Assembly (NCBI GenBank): GCA_964016885.1
Contig: OZ024742.1
Location: 120,714,001-120,778,000 of the forward strand
From: Eledone cirrhosa
Lineage: Eukaryota
Length of the DNA stretch: 64,000 nucleotides
Direction: 5' to 3'
Part shown: piece after piece, positions 49,801-63,785 of the stretch
How positions within the stretch are numbered: position 1 is the first letter of the stretch
Layout of the letters: each line of letters opens with the position of its first letter
Notes under the pieces: model-generated
Database searches by the model: none
What the model was told of the DNA's origin: nothing
The model's input: only the letters and a program-made list of their open reading frames with translations
Program-made: the position numbers and the translations under genes

Positions 49801-50659
49801 GGGTGGGAGGGGTATGGGGTAGTTAGCGAGAGGATTTAAATAAAATCCTCGAATTTTGGGCATAATTGGACAAGCATATAACAGTAATAAGCGAATAATG
49901 GGATTTTAAAATACAAGAAGATTATTTAGAACAACCAGACAGAATTATAGAATAGCATTGAGAAAGAGCAAAGATTGGATTCTGGGCGATGATACGGATA
50001 TATGAATGAATGGACCGAGAGGATGGAGAGACAAGAAAAAAATGGCATTTTACATTACATTTTGCAGGAGAACGAGCAGGTCTGACCATTAATAAGAGTT
50101 GACAAATTCTGAGATTCACACTTTGTTTAAATAAGTATTACATACTTCAGAAGAAATAGTAGCTTAACTATTCAGAAGTTTTGAAATTTCACTCCTGTTT
50201 CTATATGTAATGTAGTATAATGTTATATATACAGTACTATCATCATTATTAACATTGTCATAATTTTACATCCACTGCCCATGATGGCATGTGTGTATGT
50301 GGGGGGGGGGGGGTATGTGCATGTCTGTGTATGTGTGTGTGTATCTATGTGTGTGTGTGTGTATCTACTTTGGTCAAATTTCTGAAGTGTCTTCAGTTGT
50401 GTCAAGGGTATAACAGCCACCCCAGTACTGATGACATAATAATATGCACCCACTACATTCTGTAAAGTGTTGGAATGTATGTAAGTGAAATGCAAACCCC
50501 CAACCCATCCGAGAGACCAGTAACTCTGATTATTTTTTGACATGATCTGTGATGACCCATTCAACCCAAAGTTGTTGGCAGTAAACCTCAACTATGACTG
50601 TTTAATTATATATTAACAATGTAATAGTTATTGTATAATGTAATAGTCATTGTATACCC

Positions 50660-51190
50660 CACCATACAGTTAACTGGATCTTCCTTACATGTAGGTCCCC
50701 TCTCATCTGTTGGATTGACTAAGTCACTGGGAATGGTGCTTAACATTGTGTTAAAGAATCCATTGCTCATCTCCAGTGATGTTTCTGTCTAAATGTCTAA
50801 AACAGGAACCTGGTGTCGTTGTGTATGCAGTGCCTCACAGTAATGGACATATTGTAAGTAAGTGGTTTTCTACAGACAGGTTGTGGGCAATCCATTTTCC
50901 AATCTTTTAAAATTTTAAAAGCTTTTACATAGAATAGTTGTACAGCGGACAAAGAAATGCTCACCAAATTCTCTGACCATCGTGACAGGGTTTGCTGTAT
51001 TAGCTGCTCTCAGTACCTTTGAATTGATCTGCTCTTGGCTCATACTTTAGGCTGAAGTCCTCATTTCTGAAATGGGAAAACCATCTCTTACATGCTCTTT
51101 CATATAATGTATCAACACCATAAATGCTCTAGATGGATTTTGATGTTGCATTTGTGTTTAACTCACAATGAAACTCTAGAGTATGACATA
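50660..51190 (-). mobile_element. Degraded mariner transposase fragment
   Basis: Broken minus-strand reading YGVDTL..RACKRWF..F...DFSL..EPR, KWIAHNL and ITGDEQWI. Confidence 0.7.
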
Positions 51191-51544
51191 TTAGATGTGT
51201 TCTTTAGTTGGATAAAACCTAAGGTCAAGCTGAAAGTTTATTCATAAATAATATTCTTATAATCTGAAAGGAGAAATATATTACTTATGTCAGCATTACT
51301 AGATATTACATAGAGACAGGGCTTAAATAAATCTAGAACAGTATTTTTGGTTTTAAAATGTGACAGACCTTTAATGCATGTATATCATTATTTAATGTCT
51401 ATTTTCCTATATACATACATACACACATATACACACACATATATCAACTACAGCTGTCACTTGCAATTGAGTATGACTTTGTACCATGTTTTTGCCAAGT
51501 GTTTCTGGTGCTCTTCAGGTCCTTCCCTCTTTTAATTTCAGATG

Positions 51545-51685
51545 TAACAGCTGCACCAGCAATAGACTGGTACTTCTTTATCGACTTTAGAAGGGTGAAA
51601 GACAAAGTAGACCTCAACCAGATTTGAACTCCAAACACAAGGAAACCCAAAACAAATATCAAATGTTCTAATGACTCTGCCAAAT
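51545..51685 (-). mobile_element. tRNA-derived SINE (degenerate)
   Basis: ctggtactt..tatcgac..gaaagacaaagtagacctc..gatttgaactc is homologous to 39914-40097. Confidence 0.6.
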
Positions 51686-51713
51686 TGACCACTAATATAA
51701 AAATATACATATG

Positions 51714-51815
51714 CTGGGTGTCCCCCAAAAATGTATACACAATTTAACAGCATTCTAATAAATATTGCCTGTACAGGTAATCAAAGTGTGTATACATTTT
51801 TGGGAGATGCCCTGT
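51714..51815. mobile_element. Tc1/mariner-like MITE
   Basis: gggtgtcccccaaaaatgtatacac / gtgtatacatttttgggagatgccctg-TA. Confidence 0.65.
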
Positions 51816-52531
51816 ATATCACCATCATCATCATCATTTAAAGTCTGCTAGCAAGGGTTAGATGGCTCATCACAGAATAAGTCCACACTTAATTGAAACC
51901 ATCTCTCAGATGGGCTGGGAGCCGCATTATGCTTACATGTCTCCCTGCAGTTACATTTTATCATGGCACCAGCACTAGAGAGTTTGGCATATCTGTGACA
52001 TACCTGAATAGTCCTCTCTGCCCTTTGTTTGGCAAGTTTCTATGACTGGATGCCCTTTCTATTACCAACCACTTTACAGAGTGCAATGGGTACAATATAT
52101 TGTGTCACCAACACTAAGGGAAGTCATCATATCTGTGACATACCTCTTTACCCTTTGTTTGGCAAGTTTACAACAGCTGGATGCCCTTCCTATTACCAAC
52201 CACTTTACAGAGTGTACTGGGTGCATTATCGTATGACACTTACACTAGAAAGGTTGTTATATTCTTGTCATAGTTCCTACATATGTATGTGTATATATTT
52301 GTGTTATGTTTTACACCAGTGTAAAACAGATGTTGTGCCAATTAATATCCCATAACTTAGTGGCTTGGTAAATAGAGATCGATAAATACCAGACTGAAAT
52401 ATACACTGGGGTTGATATGATTGAAGATAGTACCTTAGTTTGATTGCAGTTCAACAACTGAAATCAATAAAATCATTATGTATATACTTAGGTATGTATT
52501 ATGGATAGTCATGCAGTTATATATATATAGG

Positions 52532-52584
<53 letters not shown>

Positions 52585-55029
52585 GATTTATATATATACA
52601 CACACACCTATACATACATATATATGAGTATGTGTATGCATATATATATGTACATACACACATGCATACATACACACATACACGCACACACACACACGTA
52701 CACACACATATATATATATATATATTTCAATAGATAGAAAGAGATAAGCTATGTTATAATACTATGTCTCTGAAATTTATATGCGCCACAGTTTCGTGTC
52801 CATCAATAAGCTATTAAACATCAGTTGCTATTAGGTGAAAGCTATCAGAGTTGCTAGGAGTAATTTCATCTGCCTCTAAAACCTTGATTCATCTCTGAAA
52901 GCAATAACATCATAGACAGAAGCTAGATCAGAGAAGAGAAATGGAGATGTCAACAAATCTTCCATTATGAATGAAATCTCATTATTCTTGTCACATTCTA
53001 CATCATTTCGCTTCATCTCCATACATGACTACTTTCTTATTCTTTATTTTTTTTAAGTAAAAAAAGAAGAGCAAAAATAAATATGCAAATAAATTAACAA
53101 ATAAATAAGTAAATGAATAATAAAATAGATAAATAAATGAATAAATGAATAAATAAATAAATAGAAAATGATAAATAAATAAATTTAAAAATACAAATTT
53201 TAGAAAAGGAAAAGAAATTGATAAAACAGTAAGAAAGTTCACAATGAATGAAATATATCTTCTGCTGAGCCACTAGATTTTCAAAAACAAATTATTCAGA
53301 ATTAATTGGTAATAGAGTCATCTTTAGCATCATTATCAACAGCAGTGTATCAACAACAACAAATTTCAATGTTCTTGTTGTTATTTTTTTATAGATTATT
53401 CATTGAAAAACAAGATATATGTGTTCTGTATGTGCAAAGAGATTTTTTTTTTTTAATATATGTTAATTACACATAAAAATAGAAAAAAATTATGTCAACA
53501 TTGGAGCCATTAAGTCTTTTGATCTCTCTCTAGTGAAGTAGAAGGGAATATTTTATCAGTGAGTTTGTAGGGATCATAACAACTATCTGCTGACTTCTTC
53601 ACTCACAATTTCTTAATATAGCTTCCATATCAAATGTATGGCGAGCTGAATCTGTTTAAGGTATGGATCAAACAAGGGGAACCTTATGACAATGGATTCG
53701 ATTCCTTCCTTTGAAATGCAATGTAATCTTTGCGAAGAGAATTGATTTATTTATTGGCAGCACGTTGTTATAGCTTTGGAGCACAAATGGTACATGTATC
53801 AATGAGCTGGCATTCTTTGATAATGTTCTGTATCAAATATGCATATGCCAGAAATATAGTAATAACATAGTAGACAACATGTGTACATGCGTACCAAAGT
53901 CTGAATACTACATAGCAGCATATTGTTGTTGTTGTTTAACTCTCAGGTCAGCTTTCATCAAACAGACCTATGACCAATATATTCCAGTTATCACTATACT
54001 AATAATTTTTCCAATAATATATACAGGACTAAATTATCCTTTATTTTATTAACCCTTTCATTGTCATATTTTTAATGAAAGACCTTGCCTATGAATATCA
54101 AATAATATCGAAAATAATCGAGAATTTGGAAGGATTTAGTTACATAACTAACTTTCACATTATTAAGCTGGTGTTTGGAACATAATTTAACAAATATTCA
54201 GGAATAACATTATGATGGAAGGCATTTATATAAATATGAACACTTTAAAATGAATAAATCAGGAGTAGTTTCAAGCAGTTTGAGATCAAAAGGGTATGGT
54301 GTAAATTGATGGCTTTTGGTACCTATTTTCAGTAAGTCAATAGTACATGTAGAGGGTACCTTGTTGGCTTAAGTCAGTGGAGTGATAGACAGAGTGGAGC
54401 ACCTGACTATATGTGTAATAGTATCTTGTTCAAATCCCTCTGTTTTCAGTTGCACTATCATTGTGATTGGAGACAATAAATTTGACAACAATCCTATATA
54501 GAGTACAACTAAACATTAGAAGGCTAGTCAATAAAGCAATATTTATAACTAAATATATTGTAAACCTTCAACCTAGTAACAATTTAATGTAAACCCTCAT
54601 CATCATCATTTTAACATCTGCTTCTTCTATAAGCAAGAAAACCCTCATCCTAATAACAAATTAAGACTAAACACCACAACCAAACTGCTAGCTGAGTAAA
54701 GTCAAACTAAGGACATTATATGTTGACTCCTTTCCTTTGTTTGTACTAGCACCTCTATATTGTACAACAAATAACAATTTTAAAGCCACCTTTCTCTGCT
54801 AGAGCAAGGGTTAACATTACAGGCCCCCATTACAGTCATTATACACATTGCGGGGCCCTTTTTGAGGCATTGTTTCATTGCTGGATGCCCTTCCTTGCTC
54901 CAACCCTTTTTGTCACCTCTTACAACTTGCAGGGTTTCAGTGTATCTATTGTAAACCAGATACACATATATAGAATTGTTGGTACAAATGTCTGGTAGTG
55001 CAGAGTTAAGACAAACTGTTAATCAATAC

Positions 55030-55778
55030 GTATATATAAAACTGAAATTGTCTGTGTGTGTGTGTGTGTGTCCTAATTTTGGCAAAGTCTATACAAATCC
55101 ACGTTTCTACTCCGATTGACTTCAAACTTGCATTTATATATTCCTTGCGGTCAAAAGATATTAACTGCAGCTTTTATTTTTCAATTTTCTGTTGTTAAAG
55201 GCGTTTTTTTCACTAAAACTTTAAGCTCTTTTTGTCAGTTCAGTTCGGTAATTTTGTCTACAATGTTCAAGAGAGACATCTCTTTAGTATTTTGAAAGCG
55301 TTACCTCTCTTTATAGACTATATTATCCCTACTTAAACGTACATCTCTTGAAATTGTTGATGGTGACCCCAATAGTAACTCCGAAGCGTTCGGCATCCGA
55401 TAAAACAGTTCGGTCTATATTAGATTGGGTGGATTTTTGTAACTTTAAAAGTATCCAACTAAATTCCTTCATGCTCCCACATGCTTACTGCTCTGTAACT
55501 TTCATTGTACCATAGCACAACAAATACAAGTTCGGTTTGTTAAATGCCTTTTTACTTAACCCTATCGTCTTGGCTTTCGTGGGTTGAACATTTTACTCTC
55601 AGGCACCCAATTAAGTTAAACCCCTGGTAATCTATGACAAATTTTTTTTATAAGCACAAAATGTAGACACCATCCCCAGGCCGAGGTATTCCGTACTTCT
55701 CTGTACTGTTTCAGAAAGGAGGGATAAACATGCCAATCTATGTTTAGAAGCCCAAGCAACGCTGGGCCATTCTGCTAG
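55030..55778 (+). mobile_element. Non-autonomous Helitron-like element
   Basis: 5' tatatataaaactg..(TG)n..ccgattgacttcaaactt. 3' hairpin cccaagcaacgctggg + CTAG|T. The 3' end is shared with 5842-6557. Confidence 0.7.
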
Positions 55779-57913
55779 TATATATATGTGTGTGTGTGTG
55801 TGTGTGTTTGTCTTTGCTTCACATTGACACCATCTGAACAGCCAGTGATGTTGTTTATGTCCTGCATAAATAAAGTCTCACAGCTCAGATGTTTAGAATA
55901 CAGTAATCAGCATCTCAGTTAAAATAAAAGAGTAAGAGTTGGCATCATGAACGGCATTCACCCATAGAATTCAACCTCAAAAAAGTTCCATCTAATCCAT
56001 GCCAGCATTGAAAATTGGACCTAAAAATGATGATGACGATTACTCAAAGATGTTTAGGTCTTACAGATTGAAATAATTTTTCACTTTGTATTTATTTCAC
56101 ACAGATTTTTGTTGAACTATTGAAAGTCACCACTGTGATATGAGAACAATTCCATTTTTATTTCATATCACTATACTTTCTATAATGACAACATTCTACA
56201 AGGCCATTGTTCAAATGCCATTGAACAGAACAAAACAACATGTAAACAGAACAAAACATAAAAGATAAAATAAATATATCTTAACACAAACATCCAACCA
56301 CTGAAGATGGAAAAATATAATGTAAATTTATGAAAGAAAGCTAACACCGCAGACAACATATTTGACACACGTATTTTGTCAAATAAAAGTATTTCAAATT
56401 CAGGCCAAAATTCTTCATTTGCAAGTATTCTTTCAAACAAGAGAAGCCTAAATATGAAACATTTTGATGAAAGGACAAAGTCATGGCAGCATTATGTCTC
56501 TCAGGCAAGAACTTTTCTGTAAGAATCCATTACCCAAGCACAGAAGTAAAGGAAGGTCACACATTTATGCCTTGCCAAAGCTCCTGGTCCCTTCTTTGTT
56601 CTAGTTAACAACAGATAGATGCAGATCTCATAGATATGCATTAACAAAATAGCTTTCATAGGGACAAATGGAAGATATAAAATAATATGTGTCCTTTCCA
56701 AAAATGAGGATAGGGTGTAAGCATGACTCCCAAAAGCATAAAACAATACCAGTATTGTACTCTGCAGTTAGTGTTGAAAGAAACTACTCAAACTGACCAT
56801 TCAGAGCAGAAAGCTCATCTGTTACACATGTGGTTTTAAAAGTCATGTAAACATTTCCTACTGAGAAGGTTTAAAAGGAGGAAAGCAACAAACTGCATAG
56901 GTTACTGCTTCTAAAGCAACACTAAAGGCAAATTTGGAAACAAGAGAAAATTGCCTCATTGCCACCTTCAGGAATCAAGAAATCCCTAAAATTGCCTTTC
57001 CCTTGTTTCAACCAAAAGTTACAAGTAGGAAGAAATGAAAAGAAAGTAACTCATAATATCAACAGTGCCAGGAAACAGCTGACCCCCACAACTCCCCTCA
57101 TAGCAGTTCCACCCCATCTGCATGTAAGGACAAAGACCAGAGACTGAGAGATAACTGCAGACTTCTGTGAAAATGGTAAAAATATACAAAAGAAAATCTC
57201 CCAAAAGAAAATTAGAAAGATCCCAATACACACTGTTATGTGGTTGGCATTAGGAAGGGTATCCAGCCATAGAAAACCAAGACAAAAGAGATCATATGAG
57301 CAACATGTCATCACCTGACCTGTCAAGCCTCAAAATATGACAGCCCATCTGACCCATGCTAGCATGCAAAATAGATGTTAAGCATAGATGATGATGATGA
57401 TGATATATATATATTAGTAGTTGTTAATTTTTATAAAGAAATGTTTGTTCATATACAGATCTATGTTTCTTTTCCTCCTCTGTCCTATGTAAAAAAGTTT
57501 TTATTCTCTCTCCCACTTGCTCCCCCACTCCATTATACTCTCTCCTTTTCTTAATAGGTATTTCTGTTTTATTTAATCTGACATTCCCACCAGTGTATTT
57601 CTGATTAAAATATGTTTTACAAAACATAAAAAAATGCTCATGTGTTGATACATTTTATTTCTTTTTGATTTATGTCTGCAATTAGTTTATTTGGTCTTAA
57701 AACAGCTCTACTTACTCTACGAGTTTCAGACAATAATAACAGACATGAAACGAAATCTATACATAAATATCTACAATACATACATACATATCTACAATAC
57801 ATACATACATACATATATATACATATGAAGAAGTTCTATTTAAATTGTTGGGATACAACAAGCAAATATTTTTATAACTGATATAAAGCACTCAACAAAT
57901 TATTGGAGTAAAA

Positions 57914-58943
57914 ATACAATATATTAACAAATGGAAACTATATTTATAAAACCATATTTATTTCATTATACATATTTCAAGGGTACCAGTATTTTGGTAC
58001 GCTGTCGTCAGATAAAATACAATATTTGGTTTAAAGATAGTGACATATCGACACTAGGTGGCAGTATCGGTAGAGGGTCCGACGCCATGCTTTGATACAT
58101 AGAGTTACGGTCCTTGCCATTCTGAGTTCAAATCCCGCCGAGGTTAACTTTGCCTTTCATCCTTACGGGGTCGATAAAATAAAGTACCAGTGATGCACTG
58201 GGGTGATTGCTGGCCTTGTGCCAATAGTAGAAACAACTATCTTAATGTTATGAGTTCAATGTAGATAGTGAATAAATGTTAAAAACTCGGGATGAATATG
58301 CTAATGAGTTAAAAGGACCGTTATGTTTAGATGCTAGGTATATTTAAATAATTATCTGAATTATTTTTTAAAAAGAAAAAGAAAAGAGAGGTTTGCTATT
58401 AAAATTGAAGAAAAAAAAAAATGTTCAAAACTCGGGATGAATATGCTTCAATTTTAATAGCAAACCTCTCTTTTCTTTTTCTTTTTTAAAAAATAATTGA
58501 GATAATTATTTAAATATACCTAGCATCTAAACATAACGGTCCTTTTAACTCATTAGCATATTCATCCCGAGTTTTTAACATTTATTCACTATCTACATTG
58601 AACTCATAACATTAAGATAGTTGTTTCTACTATTGGCACAAGGCCAGCAATCACCCCAGTGCATCACTGGTACTTTATTTTATCTACCCCGTAAGGATGA
58701 AAGGCAAAGTTAACCTCGGCGGGATTTGAACTCAGAATGGCAAGGGCCGTAACTCTATGTGTCAAAGCATGACGTCGGACCCTCTACCGATACTGCCACC
58801 TAGTGTCGATATATCACTATCTTTAAACCAAATATTGTATTTTATCTGACGACAGCATACCAAAATACTGGTACCCTTGAAATATGTATAATGAAATAAA
58901 TATGGTTTTATAAATATAGTTTCCATTTGTTAATATATCGTAT
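57914..58943. repeat. Long inverted duplication (~495-bp arms, 35-bp spacer) containing a SINE in each arm
   Basis: 57914-58410 is the reverse complement of 58446-58943, with about 8-9 differences counted by eye. SINEs at 58057-58238 (+) and ~58618-58800 (-). Confidence 0.95.
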
Positions 58944-58995
58944 ATATACATATATATATATACATACATATATACATATATATACACATATATGC

Positions 58996-59026
<31 letters not shown>

Positions 59027-59034
59027 CATACATA

Positions 59035-59583
59035 GTGGCTGCCAAGTCGTTTTCGAGTACGGCCACTACTTTATATCCATGTAGGAGAACCCCTACCGAT
59101 GCGCTGAACGAGTGTGACTTTTTAGTCCAGCCAGCGACTTGAAAACTCTGGTACAAACACTACACTTGTGACAATTATTGACACATAGTGCTGGCCCATG
59201 GTACCATGTGATGACAAGTGCAGAGAGATCTCCAGATATAAAGCAATGCCTGTGCCGTGAAGCTTTTATAGTGAGCAAAGGCACTGCACAAAGCCAGTCC
59301 CACTCTCTTAGCCAAGATGATATTTACCAAAAAGAAGAACAAGTCAACATCATTGGATACCATCAGGGTTGCAGGTGTTATATCAGAGTTTTCCTTCTCC
59401 TAGAATTCTGCCTTGACAAAGGCTAAGGGGTCTTCTCTCCCGGTGGTTTTGGATGGCCATTGACTCGTAAGAGCTCCTTGCCCTTTGACAGGTTTTGTTT
59501 TTAGTCCTGCAGGATGTCCAAAGTTACCCTCCTCACCAAGAAACCTTGGTAGGGTTGCCAGTTTAGTCGCCAATGACCCGACC
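59035..59583 (-). mobile_element. Internally deleted non-autonomous RTE-like element (5' leader + 3' end) between (TACA)n tracts
   Basis: Structured 5' leader, a short coding remnant, C-terminal C2H2 CSVCTRVFKSLAGLKSHTRSAHR*, and a 3' UTR running into (TATG)n. Confidence 0.65.
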
Positions 59584-59616
59584 ATACATACATACATACA
59601 TACATACATACATACA

Positions 59617-59652
<36 letters not shown>

Positions 59653-59810
59653 CATATTTACATATATACTTACATACATACATACATACATAAATATGTA
59701 CACATATACATATATACATACATTCATACATACATTCATGCATACATACATACATACATACATACATACATACATACATACACTTCTACACATACATGAA
59801 TATCTCTCTT

Positions 59811-59841
<31 letters not shown>

Positions 59842-60078
59842 GTGTGTATATATATATACATAATAGCAATAGATGAAGCAATTGTAATTGTTTTTCCTTT
59901 GTTATAGATATTTCGAAAGCTTGTTATGTGTTTTGTTGTGAAGAAAAAAAAAGAGAATAGAAGAATAATAGAAGAAGAAAAAAAAACAAAAAACTCTCAG
60001 TTTTTATAATTGCCTGGTTGTTGTGTTGAACATTGTTAAACTGTGTTTATAAAATCTTGTAACCCACACACACATACT

Positions 60079-60157
<79 letters not shown>

Positions 60158-60389
60158 CTATACATATATGTATATACATATATATATGTATATATACATA
60201 CACACACATATATATATATATATATATGTATCTATACATATATGTATATACATATATATATGTATATATACATACACACATATATATATGTATATACATA
60301 TATATATGCATATATACATACACACATATATATATATATGTATGTATCTATACATATATGTATATACATATATATATGTATATATACAT

Positions 60390-60423
<34 letters not shown>

Positions 60424-60462
60424 GTATATGTATGTATGTATATATATGTATATGTATATACA

Positions 60463-60501
<39 letters not shown>

Positions 60502-60548
60502 GCTTTGTTTGTGGCCATACGATTGTGATACCAATATAGTGATACCAA

Positions 60549-61321
60549 TGTAGTAGGTCAGGTTGACACAAAAGAACAGTGGAACAAAGTTAAAATGTAA
60601 AAGTTAAGCAGATAAACAAAAAGCGAATAAATTGTGAAGGAAGATGTGGTTGACAAAATATTTGCATAAAATGAAGTATAATGGGTTTTATAAAAATGTG
60701 TGTAAGAAATAAAAGTATGTATGGAGTATGTGAGTGTATTTATATGCTAATGTAGGTGTGTGTGTGTGATATATGGATGTGGAGGATTGGTATATGCAGC
60801 TTAAAGGTGTAAATGTGTGTGTGTGTACAGCCACCGGAAATAACATGTCCTTACCAGTGAAATAAACAACTCTATCTATCTGCTTATCTAGCTACATATC
60901 TGTCATTTCCTAGTGAAACAAACAACTCTATCTGCCTACCTAGCTACCTCACCCCAGTGAAACAAACAACCCTTAGGCCACCAAAATAAAACGCCTACAC
61001 AGCGGCTAAACATCAAACGATTAATTTTGTATAAATAGAATGGTTCCAAACGCTTTTGCCAGTCGACCTTTGGCAGAGTCAGTTAGCATATCGTTGTTCC
61101 TCTCCTCTGCCACACCTGTCACTCACACACGCCTTGTACCTCTGTATCGTCGCTTCATGTATGGAATAAATCGCTGAACGAAACTACATCTCTTGCTTGT
61201 TCGTCCTTTCAACTTCTTCCTTCGTCTGTTCATCCTTACCGTATGTGACAACAGTCCTTTTAAGGGCTATTCTCAGATCCGATCAGAAGTAGTGACCAGA
61301 CCCACTAACCACGTCACCACA
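60549..61321 (+). mobile_element. 5' LTR of a Gypsy-like element
   Basis: TG...CA ends (TGTAGT / ACCACA; the start is less certain). TATAAATA at ~61031 and AATAAA at ~61165. Immediately followed by the PBS. Confidence 0.7.
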
Positions 61322-61323
61322 AT

Positions 61324-61350
61324 TGGTGACACCGACATGATTTGAACACG
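61324..61350 (+). promoter_or_regulatory. Primer-binding site complementary to tRNA-Trp 3' end
   Basis: TGGTGACACCGACATGATTTGAACACG versus the reverse complement of a metazoan tRNA-Trp 3' end, TGGTGACCCCGACGTGATTTGAACACG (recalled). Confidence 0.8.
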
Positions 61351-61386
61351 AACCAGACAGCAGCCTAACAAGAAACCAACATAGAC

Positions 61387-62145
61387 ATGTCACAACCAGC
61401 GACAGAGGCCGAGATACCAACCACGCAAGCGGCTTTAACATTGAAGGTCCCTGTTTTTTGGTCCAACGACCCAACCCTGTGGTTCGCTCACATAGTAGCA
61501 CAATTCACCGCTAATAGAATTAAGAGTGATTCTGCAAAGCTCACCCACATCATTGAGTCTGTCCCACCAGAAGTTTTGGCTGAGGTGAGGAACCTCATCA
61601 TGGCACCGCCGGGCACGGTGTCATATGAATCATTCCGCAAGGAATTGATCAAACGAATGACCGCGTCACAGCAGAGACGACTCAACCAACTCGTGTCTGC
61701 AGAAGAATTGGGGGACAGAAAACCGTCCCAACTACTGTGAAAGATGAGACAGCTGATGGAAGACCAACCGCTTTCATAAGATGTGCTGAAACGGCTGTTT
61801 ATAGAGCGCTTGCCCTTATCGATGCAGGGCATTCTGGCGTTGACCAACGAGTCAGCAACCCCGGAAGAACTGGCGAGTGTCGTGGATAAGATCGCTGAGG
61901 TATCAAACCCTTTTGCCTCAGTAGCACAGGTAGATCATCAGACGAACCCTTACGTAGCGCCCTCGGACTCCACCTCCGAGATTTCAGAGCTGCGGGCTAT
62001 GATCAGAGAGCAGGCTGGTCAAATTAAAGCCCTCTCAAACCAATTAGAAAACCTGACCTTTCGAACACACCGGCGGCACAGCAACAGTCGATCCAAGCCC
62101 TTTCACCGTCGAAGATCCAGAAGTCACAGTCAAAATCGTGTGTCT
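61387..62145 (+). pseudogene. Gypsy-like gag, one in-frame stop, truncated before the zinc knuckle
   Basis: LKVPVFWSNDPTLWF..AQF, EELGDRKPSQLL*, LKRLFIERLP and the Arg/Ser-rich RRRSRSHS. The sequence then becomes unrelated and AT-rich. Confidence 0.8.
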
Positions 62146-63127
62146 AACATGGAAATAGAGATTGCAAGGCAGTATACTAGAGAAAATTGAGACATCATTG
62201 GGAAAAGTGTGCACAGAGTGATAACATCATACTTACTCTTATTGACGTTAAGAAGAAAGAGGTATGGAAGTGTTACTACAAGGGGTTGTTGAAGGAGAAG
62301 AATACTTGGGAGAGAGGGGCTTACTCCAAGTAGTGCCAACTGAGGTACAAGCCAGCCAAAATCAGTCATAAAAATCTAAATTATATGTTTACCATGACAA
62401 GCAAACTTACAAATTTACACATATAAACTGCATTTCCCTTGTGAATTGGATGTGTAATTTTAAAATATGCTCCCTCTCATGGGCTTTGACGAGAAAATAA
62501 ATGTATTTAAAAGTATTGACAGCAAAAGGAAAATATTGCCATTATTTAGTTCTTATGAAAATTAGTTCCATTGCACATAATAAAGACGGGAGATATATTC
62601 TATTATTTCTAGTTATGTAATTGATTACAAAAGAATGAGTATGAATGTAACATTTACGGTTTAGAATGTGGTTTCTTTTGGAGAGATATTGATTTTATTA
62701 TTATTTTCAGAGAGACATAATGGCTGAATCGATAAGAAGATGCTTGCCCACAATATCATGAATTTACCATATTTCTGAGCAAAACATTCAACTTTACTCA
62801 TATATTGCTTTAAGTCTAATTAAGGATTCCTATAGATTTTTGTTTTATTAAGAATTAATTATTTTGGAGATATCATCTGAGAAATGACTGAGTAATAGAA
62901 ATATTGATTAAAGAATGAGAAAGTAATTACTATATTTGAATGAATCCTAGTTTTTAGAATAGACACACTAGAATGTATGAAGTCTGGAAGAGCATCCACT
63001 GTAAAATACTACATCAAAAGCCCTGTTCAACCCATGCTAGCATGGAAAAGCTAGTTTAAAAATGACACATTGAATATGTGAAAGTGGAGAAAGAACTTGA
63101 TCATCAATGATTTGAAATGAATTATAT

Positions 63128-63785
63128 ATCATCATCATTGTTTAACATACATCTTCCTTGCTAGCATGGATAGGATGGGCTGACCCTTTTGGAGAGAATC
63201 AGGTCAGAGGACCGTGTTTCGCTCATCTGGGGCTTATTTTGGCTTGGTTTCTATGGCTGGATGCCTTTCCTAACGCCAATCCCATTTACAGTGTGTGCTG
63301 GGTGTTTTGTGCTGTGTCACCAACATGACCCCTTTACAGTGTGGAATGGGTGGTTTTTGTCTTGACACATACATGACCACTATACAGTGAGGACTTGTCA
63401 CTTTTGTCGTAGCTCCAGGGGTGGGGGGGGCAGTTCATGGTGTAGGATGGGAACTAGTGGGGTGGGGGAGAGAAGCTTGAGGAAATTGAGAATGTCGGTA
63501 ATGGGGGGAGGGATGGTTACAGCAAGGGAGATGTATGGGAGGGGAGAAGGTAGCAGAAGGTGTTGCCTATTAGATATATGCATCAGTTCAAGCATATGGG
63601 AGGGAGGGTCTTCTGTAGTATTGCATAGCGCCAGAGGTCGCGGTCCTGTGTGAGGTGTAATTGTGCAAGGTCAGCTTCTATTACCTCATCCCAAGTCTTC
63701 CTAGGCCTACCCACTCCATAGCCACCATCGACTTTGAGCACTCTGCACATTTTTATACAGTTGTTATCCTTCATATATATCAAGC
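63128..63785 (-). mobile_element. RTE LINE 3' fragment
   Basis: ORF 63583-63834 has MKDNNCIKMCR..GRPRKTWDEVI..DRDLWR. The 3' UTR contains the ggcatccagc motif and a GAT tail. Confidence 0.8.

Noticed and set aside
56760-56860. RKLICYTCGFKSH, a zinc-knuckle-like reading
   Set aside because: Too short and degraded to assign. Possibly an old retroelement ORF1 remnant.
59485-60571. YI/HT/VC-rich ORFs, also at 9.9, 35.6-36.1, 38.7 and 45.4 kb
   Set aside because: Dinucleotide and tetranucleotide microsatellite translations.
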